From Eledone cirrhosa (lineage: Eukaryota): DNA of 64,000 bases. Within the stretch, counting starts at the first letter, position 1, and the number at the start of each line of letters is the position of its first letter. The DNA lies in assembly GCA_964016885.1 (NCBI GenBank), contig OZ024743.1:6324001-6388000 (forward strand), written 5' to 3'. The position numbers were made by a program, and so were the translations under genes. The notes beneath the pieces were generated by a model. That model ran no database searches, was not told the DNA's origin, and saw nothing but the letters and a program-made list of their open reading frames with translations. Below, piece after piece: positions 57,987 to 64,000 of the stretch.

Positions 57987-58037
57987 TTGTCAAGTCCTAG
58001 AGGGATTGTCTGAAAATTATATGAATTACCTGGGTTG

Positions 58038-58212
58038 CAGTGCTAGATTAACCTAGTAGCAAGAGTAGCATTTGCTATAGGACCCCGTATTTTCAGGGTC
58101 CCCGCGCTAAATGTTTTATGCTAAAGAATAAAGCCTTTAAACTTTATGCCACATTAAAAAAAATAGAGCCCTGTTATAGCTATAAGCTCGGCACTAACCA
58201 AATCCGGCACTG
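58038..58212. mobile_element. hAT-like MITE
   Basis: CAGTGCTAGATT ... AATCCGGCACTG TIRs. Confidence 0.55.
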
Positions 58213-59216
58213 CATGGCTGGAAAGCTTAGATCATATGCCTGCTTTATTAGAACTGACGACTATCCACCCACCTCCTACACAAACACATTACAACAATAT
58301 TCCGAAACAACATAAGATTGGTAAACGGAGTCGCAGCAACGTAGTATAAATATGTTGTCATTCTCGCTCACTGCCAAATTTCAAAATTAAACTGGCCTAA
58401 TGAAAATATGATTAATTCGTTGTTTTAGAAATCTCTCCAATAGATATCTAATTTGGTTCTTAAAACATTCACACACACTAAACACTTTTTTTTTTCTTAA
58501 ATGTACTTTATATTTTTCTAAATAAAATGTATTATCTTTTTTTTAAAATCCTTAATCTGTTTTAGTGACAAAATATTGAATTTGGTTTGTCGTGTTAAAG
58601 TCTAATAATTTTATGCGTCATGTTCAAACCTTAAAGGTACCCAGTGTTTTGATACTATGAAAAGAAAACATGGAAAACTACGGTAAACTTCGATTTACTT
58701 GCCATTGATAATTTAGTAGTTACCCCCCTTGTTGAAACTAAGAGTAAACTTGTCTTTTTTCTTCAGCAGACGACAGGCTAAATCTTCTTCTCAAAGTAAT
58801 TCACAATGTCCCGCCGGGCATCTATGTTCAGTTTTTTAGGAGTTTCCGATGAAGATATTCACAGGTAAATGACAATTTTACTCATTTAAACATAATATAT
58901 CAAAGTGTAGAACTTGGATATAAAATGTATATGAGCAATTTAATGCATTCTTATGTGCTAATTTCTTAGATTAAGATCTAAGAAATTAGCACTTTAATGT
59001 GTACAGGATTTGTAAAATAATTATGCTATTCATTGTGATGTAGATTATTATGATAATGACAAGGAATATAGTTTGTATTCAGAATATGTGTGTGTGTGTG
59101 TGTACATACATTCAGATACACACACACACACAGATATATATATATATGTGTGTGTGTGTACATACATTCAGATACACACACACACACATATATATATATA
59201 TCTGTGTGCGTGTGTG

Positions 59217-59256
<40 letters not shown>

Positions 59257-59275
59257 ATGTGTGTGTGTGTGTCTC

Positions 59276-59323
<48 letters not shown>

Positions 59324-59565
59324 TATATATATGCGTATATATATATATGCCTAAAATATATATAAACATTTATGTATATATATACATATATATATATAAA
59401 TACATATATTATGTATATGCATAAAATATATATAAACATTTATATATATGAATATATACATACACACACACACATATATATAAATATATGTATATATATA
59501 TATATATATATAGTGGTATTAAGTGAGACATAGCCTGGGCCAATATTGGCCGAAACCTATCAAAG

Positions 59566-60321
<756 letters not shown>

Positions 60322-61625
60322 GGAGGAGGGTGATTTTGGACACCCTGCGAGATGAAAAACAAAACCCGTCAAAGGGCGGAGGAACTCAGGAGAGTCAATG
60401 ATCCTCCAATAAAGCTTTCTTTTTTTTGTGGAGCAGGAGATTCCTGATCTTCATTAAGACATCTCTCAAGGATATAAAACCTACGACTTCATTTGCATCC
60501 AATAATATAGACCAGTTCTTCTTTTGGGGTAAATACATTCGGTGTGATAGAGGGACTGGCCCCGTGCAAAGCCTTTCCTCACTTAGAAAAGTTTCAAACT
60601 TAGGCATCGATTGATTGAGCCTTGTACTGCAGTTATGTTGTTGCACCTTTAAACATATCGAATGCAGTACTTATTTCATCGATCTTCTATTATCGAACTG
60701 GTAAGTTACAGGCCTACAAAACGGCTGTTAATCGGTGTAGAGGTAAACACAGAGACAGACAAACTGACAGACAGACACACACATATATATAGATAAGATG
60801 TTACTAATTAAGACTAGTAACACCATTATTCAACTTAGTACTCTATACTTCAGAAAAGTAGAATGTAGATATTATTGTAAGATAGATATGTCCTACCATC
60901 AAACTTATATCGTTTCGGTATTGAAAAACTATACTCGCATGTCTCTCTCTCTCTTTATATATATACATGTATATATTTTATATACAAGGTCTTCTCTAGC
61001 ATGATGTAAAACATAGCTTGGATGGTCTGTCTAAATTGCATGGTGTGCATACGTTTGGCAACGTAATTAATTAAATAAATATTTACACCAGAAGGCAGCG
61101 TGTATTGGACGGTTTAAGATAAGTCTTAATATTTAATTCGTTTCGATTAGAAACGTATGCACATAATACAATTTCAGCTATATTCTACATCCTGTTTGAC
61201 GTATATAATGTAGCTAAAATAAGATTCTGCTATTCACAAAATCATATAAGTAGTTATCTTCTGATGGGGAAACATAAACCTCTGAATTGCGTTGAGGTAA
61301 TACGTTATGTTTGTTGTCTACATAGTAATATAGAAAGTGTTTTTACTTTAATCTCATCACAAAGGCTTCTAATTTAAAAACTATACTTATATCTACATCA
61401 AATTTACCTTATATTCTCTAATACGCGTTGTGTTCTCCCATAAATATTTATAATTCATTTATATACTATTAAGCTTTATAATTGGCTCAAGAGGATAAGT
61501 GATCCAAAACTTGGCGAGTGCTTTGCGTCGAAACTTCAGTCCCTTATGTAGCTTAACAACCAATAAATTATATGTATGTGTATTTTTGTGTATGTTTCTT
61601 GGACTTTTGTTGTCTTCTGTTTGGG

Positions 61626-63721
<2,096 letters not shown>

Positions 63722-64000
63722 AAGGGGGAGAGAGAAAGACTGGTGGGTGTTGGTGTATGCATATATATAATTGAGTTGTGAAAAATGAAGGCGTCTTTTA
63801 CACAGTATAACATACAATTTAACAAATATATTGTAATTTCAATTTGTCATAGATCAGCCTAAATAAACTACATTTTCCAATGATTTGGGGTTATTTTTCC
63901 AACGGACATGAATGTGTGTGTGCGCTTAATGGATTTTTAACATTGGCACAAGGCCACACATCTAAGCAAAGGTCTAGTTGATTGAAACAACCAGTACTTC

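Overview
This 64-kb window is AT-rich, microsatellite-laden eukaryotic repeat DNA. It is most likely from an octopod cephalopod, judged from recalled SINE families and not database-checked. No confident host gene was found; there is one weak candidate exon. The window holds a near-full-length CsRn1-like Ty3/Gypsy element and a related non-autonomous LTR element (both with a tRNA-Trp PBS), RTE LINE fragments, SINEs, MITEs, and mariner, Chapaev3-like and Helitron relics. It also holds many Penelope-like elements (PLEs: Naiad-, Neptune- and an unassigned clade). The dominant unexplained structure is a series of inverted-repeat PLE insertions of about 0.1-7 kb, all sitting in (TA)n. Most arms carry hammerhead-ribozyme (HHR) cores with 3' ends pointing outward, and only one arm has a 65-135 nt tail. 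In about seven sequence-unrelated families the tail begins with the same bulged stem, RCTC-stem-loop-stem-(1-2 nt bulge)-GAGY. This is a candidate conserved RT-binding or initiation element. Most long ORFs in the supplied track are microsatellite artefacts.
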